NCBI GenBank assembly: GCA_965603825.1 | Contig: CBFDEM010000058.1 | Location: 682,001-746,000, forward strand | From: Blepharisma stoltei ATCC 30299 | Taxonomy: Eukaryota > Protista > Ciliophora | Direction of reading: 5' to 3' | Length of the DNA: 64,000 nucleotides | Shown: piece by piece, positions 34,296 to 46,583 of the stretch | How the letters are laid out: every line of letters begins with the position of its first letter | Numbering within the stretch: the stretch's first letter is position 1 | Notes under the pieces: generated by a model | What the model was told of the DNA's origin: nothing | Databases searched by the model: none | Seen by the model: the letters and a program-made list of their open reading frames with translations, nothing else | Program-made: the position numbers and the translations under genes

Positions 34296-36359
34296 ATGAG
34301 TGGAAATTCAGATAGATTTAAATCAAACAGTGACCGCTATTTAATTTCAAAGCCTAACCCATATACTGAAGAGTCTAATAAAAACCAATGGCAATCTCCT
34401 ACTTCTCCTCCTGCTTTTTCTCCTAAATATAATTCTTTAGCAACAAATTCAATTCAAGCTCGTCATACAATGCCAGATTTAGGTTTCGATTTGAATGAAG
34501 CCTCAACACCATGGAGGAAGCAAAATCAATTTTCGCTAACTTCTCCACAAAATAAGTCAAGGTCGTTGGAAATTAAAAACCAGCTGGAACATGAGCTAAA
34601 ACGGCTGGACCAAGCTTTTACGTTTAACTACGATGAAGACGCATCTCTAATACAGTCCGCAAAATATATAAAGCAGGCTGTTGATAGAATCGTGTATGAA
34701 AAAGAAAGAATTAATCAAGAAGCAAATAGGTTATCACAAGGAAGACAGATAGAATTAGGAAATAATCAATATAGAAACAGCAATTTTGCAATAGAAGAGC
34801 TTAGATCTAGCTTAGAGAATCAAAATAATCAAGCCGCACAAGAATTAGAAAAAATAAAAAAAACCCAGCATCAGCTGAAGAGGTATGAATCGATACTGAA
34901 GCAAAAAGAAAAAAACTTAAAGGACCAAGAAATTCATCTAAATTATGAAAAAGCAATGGGTGATAAAGAAAAAAATGAAATTAGGCAAGAAAGAGAAAAA
35001 TTGATGCATGAAAAAGAAGAAAATCAAAAAACTTTGGCAATAATAAATGAGGAAAAACAAAAACTCAATATTCAAATGACAAAATTAGATAACAGATTTT
35101 CAGAAATTAAGCAGGCTGTAGGAGATATTGAAAAGGGGCCAAAAGTCGCTAAAGAAAATCAAAACGCCCTTATAGAGCTCGAAAAACAAAAACTCGAATT
35201 TTTAGCAGAGTGCCAAGAAAAATCTGAATGGTTTTCAAAAGCAGAAGAAAGCTTGAACGAAAAAGAACAGATTTTAAATGCCCAGCAAGAAGAATTAAAT
35301 ACCCTCTCACAGTCTTTACAAGTTTTGAAATCTGAATTAGAAAAGCAGCATCAATCTATAACTTCACATCTGGAGTCCCAAAGCAAAGCTATCCAAAATG
35401 AAGCCAAAGCCTTAGAAACTAAACAAAAAGAAATAGAAATGACATTCAAAACGCTCAATGACGAGCTGAGAAAAGTAGAAATAATGAAAAAAAGCTTGGA
35501 AGAGCAGAAAAAGTCGATGGAACAAGAAGAAAAGAAAATAAAAGAGCATTATGTAGAGAAATTAAATGAAGCTATCAAAATGAATGAAGAAGCCCAAGAA
35601 AATATGAAGCTTTTGGCAGAAAAAGAAGTATTTATTGATGAAGTGATCAAAAAAATAAAGGATGAAGAAGAGGAGTTCGAAAATAGATGAAAATATCTGG
35701 AGAATGTAGAAATGATGAAAGAGGAGCTGGAAAAAGTTAGGATGATGTATGAAGATGCAGATAATGAGCTAAGAAAAAGAGAAGAAGAGCAGAAAGAAGC
35801 AATTAAAGAGATTAAAGAAAGAGAAGAAAAACTGGATCTTAGGCAAGAAGATCTGCAAAAAAATAATAAAAACACCAGATTAAATGACAAAGCTGAAGAA
35901 CTTTATGAAAGCTTAGAAGAAAAACTTCAGTTTATATTACAAAAAGAGTCTGAGCTTCAAAGGATGCAAGAATTTATTGAAAAAGATAGAGAAGATATCG
36001 ATAAAACAGCAGATCTACTGCAGAAAATCCATAGCGAGCTTAGTGAGCAGCGGGAGCTTCAAAGCTTAGAGGAAGAAAAAATCAAGCAAGACAAGATAAA
36101 AATTCTAGAAATGATTCAAAAATTAAACGATGAGACAGCTTCTTTAAGATTAAAAGAAGAAGAAATTTTAGAAAGAGAAGAATTTTTGCATGCAAAAGAA
36201 GTTGAATTTCAGGAAAGGGAAAACAAATCTGACAGAGGAAATATAGACACTAATGAAAGCGGAGAGTATAGTGACCAAAATGAAGGCTCTGAGCCTGAAG
36301 AAAGAACATCAGTTCTTGATGAGGATTCTCAAGATATCCAAAGATCTGAAGCAGTATAA
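34296..36359 (+). CDS. Long Glu/Lys-rich coiled-coil protein
   Basis: Two ORF-track pieces joined in frame through TGA at 35688-35690. Probable start is MSGNSD at 34296. Confidence 0.75.
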
Positions 36360-36459
36360 AATAATTTTCATTTATTTAATAGTTTGAAAATTTAATTATT
36401 TAAGCCAGTCCTTACAAATTTTATAACTTTGAACGAATATATATTTGAAATGCATAAGT

Positions 36460-37197
36460 TTAAGTCTCCATAAATATTTCTTTTTCTTTAGCTGCATGAT
36501 TTTCTAAATCAATCCTTTCAACTACTTCTGTCTCGATTTTGCTTTGCTCGTCTTGCTTTTTAACCATTTTTTTGGCTCCCAAATAAGTAACTGTATAAAA
36601 AATTGTTGCTACTCCATGAAACAGTAAAGTTGATAGCGCAATTGTAGCGCCCTCTTCAGCACAGGTATGAGCCCGATATCTTTTATCATACCCTCAATCA
36701 AGGTGCTTACAATGATCTTCATAAACACACCACGTAAGCCCATGCCACAGAATAACAGCAAAAAAGTAAAATAATAGCGATATCCAATATGTCAGCACAG
36801 AAAATCATAAGATTTTTATTTTTGTGAACATATCTAAATAAATTATCAAAATTGTGGCAACAAGCATAAACATTGAGATTGAGGAAAATAGTATCATAAT
36901 TACTCCTGATGCATAGAGCTTGTGAAATGTACGGCATTGTCCTATTGATACGCTGGAATCTACTCTACCATTTTCGCAATCTTCTCAGTACTCGTGGTAG
37001 CTTTTATCATCAGAAAAATGATGGGAATCTGGGGTTGGTCTTAGGATTCCACCTTCTCAAGATGTTGAGCCTTCCCCTTGTCTAAACCAACGCGTTTGCC
37101 CTAATGCAGCAATTTCTAGCCCTATGATTAGATGGAGCATCAACATATGTGTAAGCCAGACACAAATTCTTAGATAAGCCATTGCTTTGAGAACCAT
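36460..37197 (-). CDS. Claudin/PMP22-like four-TM protein (245 aa); only fragments appear in the ORF track
   Basis: Open frame from ATG 37197 to TAA 36460 with four TGA=Trp codons. TM1 is followed by a W..WEGGIL..C..C loop, then three more TM helices. Confidence 0.75.
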
Positions 37198-38259
37198 TTT
37201 TATAATCAGATTTATGATAAGGATGGATATAATGCAAAATAATTGATTTTTATCAGTAAAATAAAATAACTTAAGCTGGCTATTATCTGTATGAATAAGC
37301 AATATAGAAATAGTAAATTGTACCTCAGGGGGATAAGTGCTGCAACAATGTTTATTTAAGTATTTAAGCAAATGCAAAATTCTAGCATTGATTTATAACA
37401 TTTTTCCTATGGCAAGTCCGTCTCTATTTAATATATAGAATTTTTTACAGTGGAAACCCTCTTTTTGTGAACATTTTCTGTTTCTGACCATAAAAATTGA
37501 TATAATTACTTTATTGCGATAGAAGTGTTGGGCTCTTACCATTTTTTAATTTAATATTAATCTTAATCTTTCACACGCTTGCCATAATGAAAATTGCCTT
37601 GATTTTATCAACACTCTTATTTAGTAACCCATCTCACTTTCTTTTTTTCTTTATTTTCTATTCTTTTTCTGCATTCTAGCTCTCGATTTATTTCTATCCA
37701 AAGTCTTTTGCATTAAAAAGTCGCTTTTCAGCATAAAAATTATTAATTTGCAGTGTAGTTATTAAAAGTGCTAAGTAAGCATGATGAATGATTATGAAAA
37801 GTCTAATTTTCTATACAAAAAGTTAAGGTATAATAAATCTATATTCAGCTCTATAATTCTTGAATATAAACTTAAATAAGCTTAGAATTCGATTTTAAAA
37901 ACTAGATTTATCAAAAAATCCAAGCTAAAAGTGTTTCCTGTATTTTAATGAGAAAATTAAAGATAAGTCAAATTGGAATTAATGAAACTCTTCTATGAAT
38001 TAATAACTAGGTTTGAAAGATTAATGAAGTGAATATTTAAAACTCATACTTACTCTTGGAGAAAAGGAGCTTTGAAAATTTTTAAAGAAAAAATAAAGAT
38101 TTTATAATATGTAAGCTAAAAATATTGCTAATGACAATTTACTCCATATCTAAGAGATAAATATGCATACACAAACTTTTATGCCAAATTACAAAATATA
38201 TTAACCTATGAGAATCAATCAAAAAATATATTGGTATTTTTAATAGAATTTCTATTTAA

Positions 38260-38631
38260 TTACTCATCTAATTTATCATTGTCCTTTAGACAAACTCGAG
38301 CCACAAAGTGTTTAATTCTGAAAATTTTGGTATTTGGAATCATAGCTATAGAGTCATCTAGAGCTAAATAACGATCGATATCATGCTCCCGTGGCTTAAT
38401 TGCAAAATTTTGGCGCTTTGTCTTAGACAAAGAGCTTCATTTCTCACTGTGATTATTCTTTATATGTCTGTTCAATCCTTTTTTGTACTTGTAAGTATTA
38501 TTGCAAAACTCGCATCTGTAAGGTCTTAAATCGCTGTGGGAGCTCATATGTCGCTTTAAAAATTGATGTGTCTTGAACCCAAGTGAGCAAACTTCGCAGA
38601 TATAAGGGCGAAGATCGGATACCGTATCCAT
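38260..38631 (-). CDS. Two-finger C2H2 zinc-finger protein (123 aa)
   Basis: CEVC..H..H and CEFC..H..H with an SDLRPY linker. The frame continues through TGA at 38437-38439 to TAA at 38260. Confidence 0.85.
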
Positions 38632-38867
38632 TTTATTTTTATCATGACTACTTCATTATAGCTTAGATAACCCTGGTATATATATCTCAATGATCTTCTA
38701 AGTGCTAAAATTCGGATTTAACTATAATTATCATTATTTAAAATTTTAAATGATTTTTAACTTTATTTTATTTAAATTTCATGAAAAATTTCAATTGATT
38801 TTCCTTACCATTATGAAATCCGCATATCAATCTTAATTCCAATTAATTTGAATTTAACGTATTAATT

Positions 38868-39440
38868 ATGAGACCACACATAAATAAAAGCACATCAATC
38901 CGGAAGCTAACAAAACAAAAATCAACTTCTAAAAGCACTCAAACTATAATTGGGGCAAATAACCACATTTTTTCGAAAATTCAAACCCGGTTTCCTTCAG
39001 TATCTTCGCATAGATCACTATCCATCCTAAAGCCTCGTGAAAATTTGTTAAGAAAAGACTCAAAATCTGTGGAGCCTCCAGACTATTCATGTTCAAAAAC
39101 AAGGTCTCCTGAGCCTTTTTCTCCTGACCAAAACTCAATCTGTACCTCAGCTCTTGATCTTGACTATCAACGGCTTGAGTATTTAGTGAACAAAAATAAT
39201 TCAGCAAGGAAAAATTTGCTGACTGTACAGCAGCAAATAATAAATTTAAATGCAAAGCACAAAATGCGTGATAAATTTCATTTAATTCAAGAAACTGATG
39301 AAAATATCAATCATAATGATATAAAAAAGCCAAATTTGACGATGAAGATAGATTTGGCTTTTCAGTACAAAAGCAGTGTTCTTTCGACTCGCCAGCGTTT
39401 AAAACTGCCTCCAATTGATAAAGATATAACTAATATGTAA
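38868..39440 (+). CDS. Hypothetical basic protein
   Basis: 190-aa ATG..TAA ORF. Confidence 0.65.
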   Translation: MRPHINKSTSIRKLTKQKSTSKSTQTIIGANNHIFSKIQTRFPSVSSHRSLSILKPRENLLRKDSKSVEPPDYSCSKTRSPEPFSPDQNSICTSALDLDYQRLEYLVNKNNSARKNLLTVQQQIINLNAKHKMRDKFHLIQETDENINHNDIKKPNLTMKIDLAFQYKSSVLSTRQRLKLPPIDKDITNM

Positions 39441-39467
39441 ATAATTGATTAATCCTAATACATATTT

Positions 39468-42400
39468 ATGAGAAATCTCTGGCCTTTTCATCATCAGAAC
39501 TTCTCAGTTCCGAATGCGGTCGGAGTTTCCACTGACCAGCACAAAATTTTCTTGTTATCTGGGACTAGTGAATTAGTAATTATAGACAAAAAATCTGGCA
39601 CAAAAGAGCTGATTCCTTTAGATGAAGAAATTGAGGATTTGGTAAACATGACTTACTTGCAATTAGAAGAAAATCTTATATTTATTTCTGCAAATGGCTC
39701 ACTTTATTCATACAGCTTCGAGACAAAAGAAACTTCCATTGAAGGCGAAATAACAACTGGGATTTCAGCAGCTCAATGGGCACCCTCTCAAGAACATTTA
39801 GTGATTTTCGCGAAAAATGGAAGCTTACTGATCCATAACTCAGAATTAGATTTTATTAGAGAAGTTAAGCTTGATTTAGGACCAGAAGCTACAGTTAGCT
39901 GGAGAGGAGACAGCAAGTTTTTCGTTGTGTGTGGCCAAGCTGAAGGCGGAAATAAAGCCTTGACTTTTGCAGCAAATGGAGATTTAGTTGAGTCTCATTT
40001 CAAGTCAGATCCTGATGGAGGCAAAGTACAAAATATCAGTGAAAAAACCAGCTTGCTAGGGTCACATATTGCCAGCTGGCAAACTACAGGAAGTTTAATT
40101 GCTGGGATTAAAAATGACAAAATTTTACTATGGGAAAAGAATGGACTTTTGCATGCTGATTTTCAAAATAGGTATAATGAACAGATTAAGCAGCTGGAAT
40201 GGAGTCTTAATGGAGAAATCCTCGCAATTGTTATGATAAATAGAGTAGCTTTATACTATCGCAGCAATTATCATTGGTTTCTAAAGCAATCCTATGAAAG
40301 AGTTTCTCCGAAAATCCAATGGGCTGGAAATTCATTGATTATTTTATCAGACACTGTTGAAAAAATTGACTATATTTGGAAACATGACGCACTCGGCGAA
40401 AAAGTAGTCGTCGTTGACGGAGAATCCCTTAATATTACCCATTTCAGCCAAGGCTTAATTCCACCCCCAATGTTCCACGATTCCATAAATCTTGGCTTCG
40501 TCCCTGAGCTCTTGTCTATGAATTCCTCAGGAACCATCAGCCTAGCCTACAAAAACAAAATTTTCCTATTTGATTCCTCCTTACACGAATTATGCGAATT
40601 TCCTAATACAAAAAAACTTGAATTTGCAGGCCAAAGACTTTTCATTTCAAATGGTTTCCAAGTGTTTGAAATCATTGAAAATAAGCTTGAAAAACTTTTT
40701 GATTTTAATAAAGAAATTTTAGTTTTAAAAGGAGAAGATAATGGAAACCTTTGGATTGAATTTATTGATGGAGAAATATATAGAAATAATGAATTTTATA
40801 TCAGTGAAAAAGAAATTTGTGAAAAAATTTACCCTGTTTGTATGGAAGGGAAACCAAATATTTTAGGATTGGCTGGGAATAAGCTGTATTTAAATAAAAT
40901 TTTATTATGTACAAACTGCACGAGTGCTGGGGTTTTTGGGGATTTTTTGCTGTTTACTAAACAAAATGTGCCTTTAAGCGAGCTTTATTTATTAAATAGA
41001 AATTTTCCGATCCCATTTCCAATAGGGCAAGACCAATCAATAACTCTTCCTGAGCCATCAGCTGACCATTATTATAGCCGCAGTATAGAAAAAGGAAGCG
41101 TAATCGTCACTTTGCAAGGCGTCAATGTAATTCTTCAGCATAACAGAGGCAATTTAGAAGGAATTTATCCCCGACTCGTCGTAATATACAAATCAAAAGA
41201 GCTAATTGAGGCTACAAAATATGGAGAAGCCTTTAAGCTGTTAAGGACCCACAAGCTTGATTTAAATTTTATTTACGATTTAGACCCAGAGAAATTTATG
41301 ACAAATATTGAGAAATTTATTTCCGAAGTGGCCAAAGGAGACTTTATTAATCTTTTTTTGACCTCTTTAAAAGACCAAGATATGGCTGCAGTCTATTTAA
41401 AGCAAGACCCTAAAGATATCAAAGGAAAAACCAATAAAATCTGTGACGCAATTAGAGAAAAACTGAATTTAGCTACACATACTTTGTCGATAATTACGTC
41501 ATATGCTGCAAAATCACCACCAGAGCTAGAACAAGCTCTAGTCTGGATTCAGCATATAAGAGAAAAATACCCAAAAAAGCCGCCAAGACCTCCACACATG
41601 CATGAAGGTAAAAGAGACGATAAAATTTACCCTGAAGACTCCTTAAAATACTTAAGCTGGCTTGTGGACCCTGACAAGCTTTTTGATGTTGCTTTAGGAA
41701 TGTACGATTTAGAATTAACAACACAAACAGCCCAATTTACCCAAAAAGACCCAAAAGAATATTTGCCATACCTAAAGTCATTAAACCAAATGGACGATGT
41801 AAGAAAAAAGGTCAAAATCTGTATAGACTTAAAAAGATACAAAAAAGCTTTAGACGAATTAATTGCAGGCGGGGAAGAATTTTATAGTGAAGCATTAGAA
41901 CTAGTAGCCAGTCAAGGACTTTATATAGAAGGGCTGAAATTGTTTAAAGGGACCAGTTTTGAAATCCAAGCCAAAGAAGCTATTGCAAAGTGTCTGGAAA
42001 AAAAAGAACTTTATATACAATCTGCTGCTTTGTATGAGAGCTGCAATAACTATCAGAAGGCAAAAGAAAACTATATTAAAGGCCAAGAGTGACAGCTTGC
42101 AGGGAATATGGCACAAATGCTAGGAGAAGATATTTCTAATTTTTATGAAAATTTAGCTCACAATTGTGGAGAAATGGGGAATTATGAAGAAGCTGCAAAT
42201 TTGTTGCAAAAATCCAATGATGAAGAAGGCTCGGCAGTCAGGTATCTTATACAAGGAGGAAGGTTCAAACAGGCAATTTTAGCTTCAAAAAATAATGAAA
42301 GCAAAAGTCTTGTCTTAGGAAGCTTAAGAACTTTTGGGAATGAATTAATGGAAGATATGAAGAAAAATACTGAGCTTTGGAAAGAAAAATACACAAGGCT

Positions 42401-42944
42401 GCAATATGTGCAACAAAACAAGAAAAATATGCCTAAGGGCGGAGGAGGCTATGAAGATGAAGAAATTGCTTCACAATACAGCTTAGACAGCGCTATGACT
42501 AAAGCCAGCCAATTTACAAAGCGACAACGGAAAAAAGCCAAAAAAGTCAGAAAAACAGCTGCAAAAGAAGGCTCACAGTTCGAAGAAGACTATTTAGTCG
42601 ACCTTTTATTAACCCTCAGGCCAGATCTTACTTATCAAACTAGAATAGAAAATATTTGTGAAGCTTATATCTTGCTTGGCGAATTTCAAGACGCCCTTAA
42701 TATCTGGAATTTATTCCAAGCCCTAAAAGACACTACTTTTGCCTCAATAAAAACTTTAAGACATCAAGAGTTCCTCACAAAGTTTTCAGAAGTTTTCCCA
42801 GACATAAACCGAGACGCCCACACAGAAAACATCCTTTGTGATATTTTCTCCAAAAATTATTTCTTAGCAGAAGGTTTGGCTTCTCATGAGCCTCCAGTGC
42901 TTCCGATATCCAAGCTCCAGTACTTCTTTAAGCTAATTTCTTAA
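39468..42944 (+). CDS. ELP1: Elongator complex subunit 1 (IKI3/IKAP)
   Basis: SWRGDSKFF, WEKNGLLH, RSNYHWFLKQ, IPPPM, RGNLEGIYPR, ALGMYDL, TQKDPKEYLPYL and a basic C-terminal patch. Joined through TGA at 42090-42092. Confidence 0.93.
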
Positions 42945-42952
42945 ATAATTAA

Positions 42953-44038
42953 ATGGAAGATTACTCTGATTTCAGTGATGATCCTGACCCAAAAACAGCA
43001 ATTGATGACAATCTTCAAGGGATTTCTTTTTCGCCTCCTCTGTGGGAACAAAGATTAGACAAATTCAGAGAAATTTTATTTTCGCTCAAAGTTGTAGAAG
43101 TCTGCGATCTTGGATGTGGAAGCGGGAAATTAATTTCTCAGTTATGCAGATGTAAAGGCCCAAGAAGGATCTATGGGGTTGATATTGACAAATTCAGCCT
43201 TGAAGAAGCAGCTGAAGAGTGTAGGCCGAATATGGCAGATTTTCATTTTCCAAGAAAACATGAGCTAAAAGTGTCACTATTCCATGGGTCAATTCTTGAC
43301 CCCTGCGAACTTATCCCTTATCAAATTCAATGTGTAACGCTAGGAGAAGTGTAAAAATTATATAGAATTGAGCATATTTACCCTGAATCAGTCCCAATTT
43401 TGACGGAAAATATATTTAAATATATTTATCCGAAATATGCCATAGTAAGTACACCTAATAGAGAATTTAATGTATATTTCCCAGACCCAAAACATATGAG
43501 GAATTATGATCATAAATTTGAGTGGACAAGGAAGGAATTTGAAGAATGAAGCCATAAAGTGTGTAAAGAATATGGGTATGAGGTAGAGTTCACTGGGGTT
43601 GGGTTTCCTATTGGATACCAAGACCATGGGTTTTGTACACAATTTGCGGTCTTTAGAAAACAAAAGTTTTCTTATGAAAAAAGGCCTTGTAGTGTTAAGA
43701 AAGGACAGTTTACAAATTATGAAGAATTTTTGTATGAAATCCAAAAATATGACGATTTTAAATCAAAATTTATAAACAGCTTGTACTATAGTTGCAACTT
43801 AGCAAAATCATGAAACTATCTTGGCAACGAGGATCCAATCCCCCTTACTGAAGTTTTCAGAGTCCCCACTATATGTGTGTTATGTGATGGTTCATTAAAT
43901 CGTCTGCGTGAGCTTATTCTATTATACAAAAACTGTGGCTCCTACGATTTTATCTATTCCCAAGCTTATGATACTCTAACTCTAGTTTTATCTTCAGATG
44001 AGTCTTCAGACTACTCAAGCGAAAATGAAGATATATAA
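42953..44038 (+). CDS. HEN1: Small RNA 2'-O-methyltransferase
   Basis: FSPPLWEQR, DLGCGSG, EVIEH (split by a 15-nt intron at 43351-43365), STPNREFN and DHKFEWTRKEFEE-TGA(W)..YEVEFTGVG. Second TGA at 43811-43813, TAA at 44036-44038. Confidence 0.93.
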
Positions 44039-44046
44039 AAAATTTT

Positions 44047-45760
44047 ATGATAAAATACTTTTTTAATAAACATATGTATAAAGCTGTACAAGGTGCAGTC
44101 AAGCTTACCCCTCCTCCTGCACTAGAAGCTTATTTCCAATGGGCCAGAGCACGTGGAATCCGATGGGACAAAATTGAGTACCCCGTCCTTTTTCCACCTG
44201 GATACATAGGATCACGAGCTATTGCACCTATACAGCCTGGGGAGCCCATTATTATAGCTCCAAATCCTTCACTGTTGACTACAAAAGTGGCGCTTAATAG
44301 CGAAATGGAAGAAATTTATGACCAAAATAAAGACTTGTTCAGCGAGCGTAATTCACGCTACGAAGATCTGGTTTTAATTACCTTTTTAATATGAGAAAAA
44401 TACAAAGGTGAGAACTCAGAGTGGTATGATTTTATTGTGTCGCAGCCTGAGTGTCCAGAAGTACTACAAGACTGGTCAATTGAAGAAATAAAGGAGCTGC
44501 AAGATGAAGATTTGGAATATGAGGTAAAAAATACGTAGTCAAAATCCCAGCTGGCAACTGAAATGAAGATTTATTCAAGCTGAAAAAAAGTAATTAAAAA
44601 ATACCCACAGTATTTCAAGCCTGCTATGATGGTCTACAAAGAATTCAACTGAGCTTATAAAATAATCGGGACTCGAACCTTCGGAAAATTCGTCCCATAT
44701 GCGACTTTTACACCTATAGGAGAATTCCTTAACCACAACAATACAGAAACTTTTTACTGCTATGTCCACCCTGATGAAGTCCCTGATTCATCCTCAAGAT
44801 ATGATGGATTTAAAGATTTTGAAGACCATGACGACGATATTGCTGAGAAAAATCCTATTATTTCGGTTACTTGCCAGACATTGGTCTCTGTAAATAAAGA
44901 AGGGAATACAAATTTTGACGAGTCACTTAAAAATAAATTCAATAAAATTAAAAAAGAAGCTGAAGAAATTGATGGGGTGGAGTTTATGGAAAGTAATAGA
45001 AAATTAGAAATGAACAAAGAAGAATACCAGCCGCCTGGAGTTTTATTGTCAGAAAGTGATGAAAAGCAGCTGAGAATTGTGGCTGGGCCTAATGATAGAT
45101 ATGAAGAAGGGTCTGAAGTGTATATGAGCTATGGAAGATACTCGAATAGACAGTTATTGTGTGTTTATGGGTTTTCACTTAAAGACAATATATATAATTA
45201 CGCAAGAATTAAGCCCAACCTAACCCATTTCACAAATAACCCAGAACAAATCAGACATATAAGAAGCTTCAAGCTTGATAGACCTTGCGCATTTAAAATA
45301 AGGGCGCAACATTTGTGTTTAGATCTTATAAGAGCTATAAGAGCCTTAAGATGGAAAAGCTCTATGTCAGAAAAAGCTTTTTTCAACCCAGCAGACATTG
45401 AGTTAGAGCTCGAAACCTTTGAACATGCCAAATTTATATTAGAAAGGTGGCTATCTTGCTATCCGACCTCATATGAGCAGGATTTGCAGCTTCTCCAAGA
45501 AAACCCTCCAATGAGGCTTTATTTTGCTGTAAAATCTAGTTTAGTTAACTTATAGAAGCGAAGTCAAAAGAATTTTGAAAAAACAAATTCAGCTGATTAA
45601 TGTCACTATTGGGATCCTGCTGAAGCTTAGAACGCAGATGGATCTAGATTTAGCGTTGATTCCAATAGAAGAATATGAGCAACAAGAAGAAGTACAAGAA
45701 AATAGAAGAGCTATAGATTCGTATTTGAGGTCTTTAAAATCATCACAATTAAGTAGTTAA
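44047..45760 (+). CDS. SET-domain lysine methyltransferase (SETD3/SETD6/Rubisco-LSMT class)
   Basis: YFQW..GI, IQPGEPII, FN-TGA(W)-AY..TRTF, P..EFLNH, EVYMSYGRYSNRQLL..YGF and an LSMT C-terminal domain. Introns at 44524-44538 (15 nt) and 45529-45544 (16 nt). The start may be 44074. Confidence 0.88.
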
Positions 45761-45770
45761 ATATAATTAG

Positions 45771-46448
45771 TTAATTTTCTTGGCATGCCATTTTCATCCT
45801 TGTTAAATACCTTAAACTGTCTCTTCGTTTCTCATTAGGAGCTATATAAGATAAATCAATATAACTAGGAATTTCTTTTATTTTTACAATCTCAAAGTTT
45901 TTTTTGTTATTTTGGTTGCAAAGGTTGAGTTTTCTGCCTTCTTTTGAACCTATATGATTTGAATTTAAAAATGAAGTAGATTTCCATTCATTTTGATGTT
46001 TATGAAACATAGATACAGGATCATTTTTTCTTTTATTTAAATTAGGTGTATGCGCCCTAGATGATAAACACTTAGCACTTTGTGGTCTTAGCTGGGCTAG
46101 TGGTTTCCTTTTTTGCTCTTTTTTGATTTTTAAGCCAAACTTGAATTTTGATTTTTTTATTTCTTCAAGAGTTTTCCTTATTATTACTTTGGGGTTGTGT
46201 AGGTCTTCTTCAATTGAGGGACTTTCGCTCATTTCAGGGATATTTTCTTTATTAGATTCTTGGATACTTTTAAGAGTCCCAAAATGGTACTTCGATGGTA
46301 AGTGGCCATAATCTTCATCTTCCTCAAAAGAATTATCAAAGGTACGACAGTGATAAGAGTTTGGTTTCGATTTTTGGCAATATTCAGAATGCCCTGAATA
46401 TATTTCTCGTGGATTGGTCTTAGAATTCGTCGATTTCATGTATTCCAT
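45771..46448 (-). CDS. HYLS1-like basal-body protein (HYLS1 C-terminal domain)
   Basis: KNDPVSMFHKHQNEW and YIAPNEKRRDSLRYLTR match the K-x-DPV...W and Y-x-x-P-x-EK-x-R-x-x-LR motifs recalled for HYLS1. Confidence 0.6.
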   Translation of the reverse strand: MEYMKSTNSKTNPREIYSGHSEYCQKSKPNSYHCRTFDNSFEEDEDYGHLPSKYHFGTLKSIQESNKENIPEMSESPSIEEDLHNPKVIIRKTLEEIKKSKFKFGLKIKKEQKRKPLAQLRPQSAKCLSSRAHTPNLNKRKNDPVSMFHKHQNEWKSTSFLNSNHIGSKEGRKLNLCNQNNKKNFEIVKIKEIPSYIDLSYIAPNEKRRDSLRYLTRMKMACQEN

Positions 46449-46583
46449 TTTTGAAATTTAAATAAGAATGTAATTATAAAACTATAGAGAGTCCTTATTT
46501 ATAATCCAAAAAAGCCTTATCTGCTTTTAAAACACGAGAGAAATTTACTATAAATGCTATTATTAGGAATAATAGAAAAAAGA

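Noticed and set aside
37198-37542. Upstream extension (track ORF from TTG 37377) or a separate ORF at 37542
   Set aside because: The sequence is AT-rich with a non-ATG start or an early TAA, and has no canonical tiny intron linking it to the claudin-like gene.
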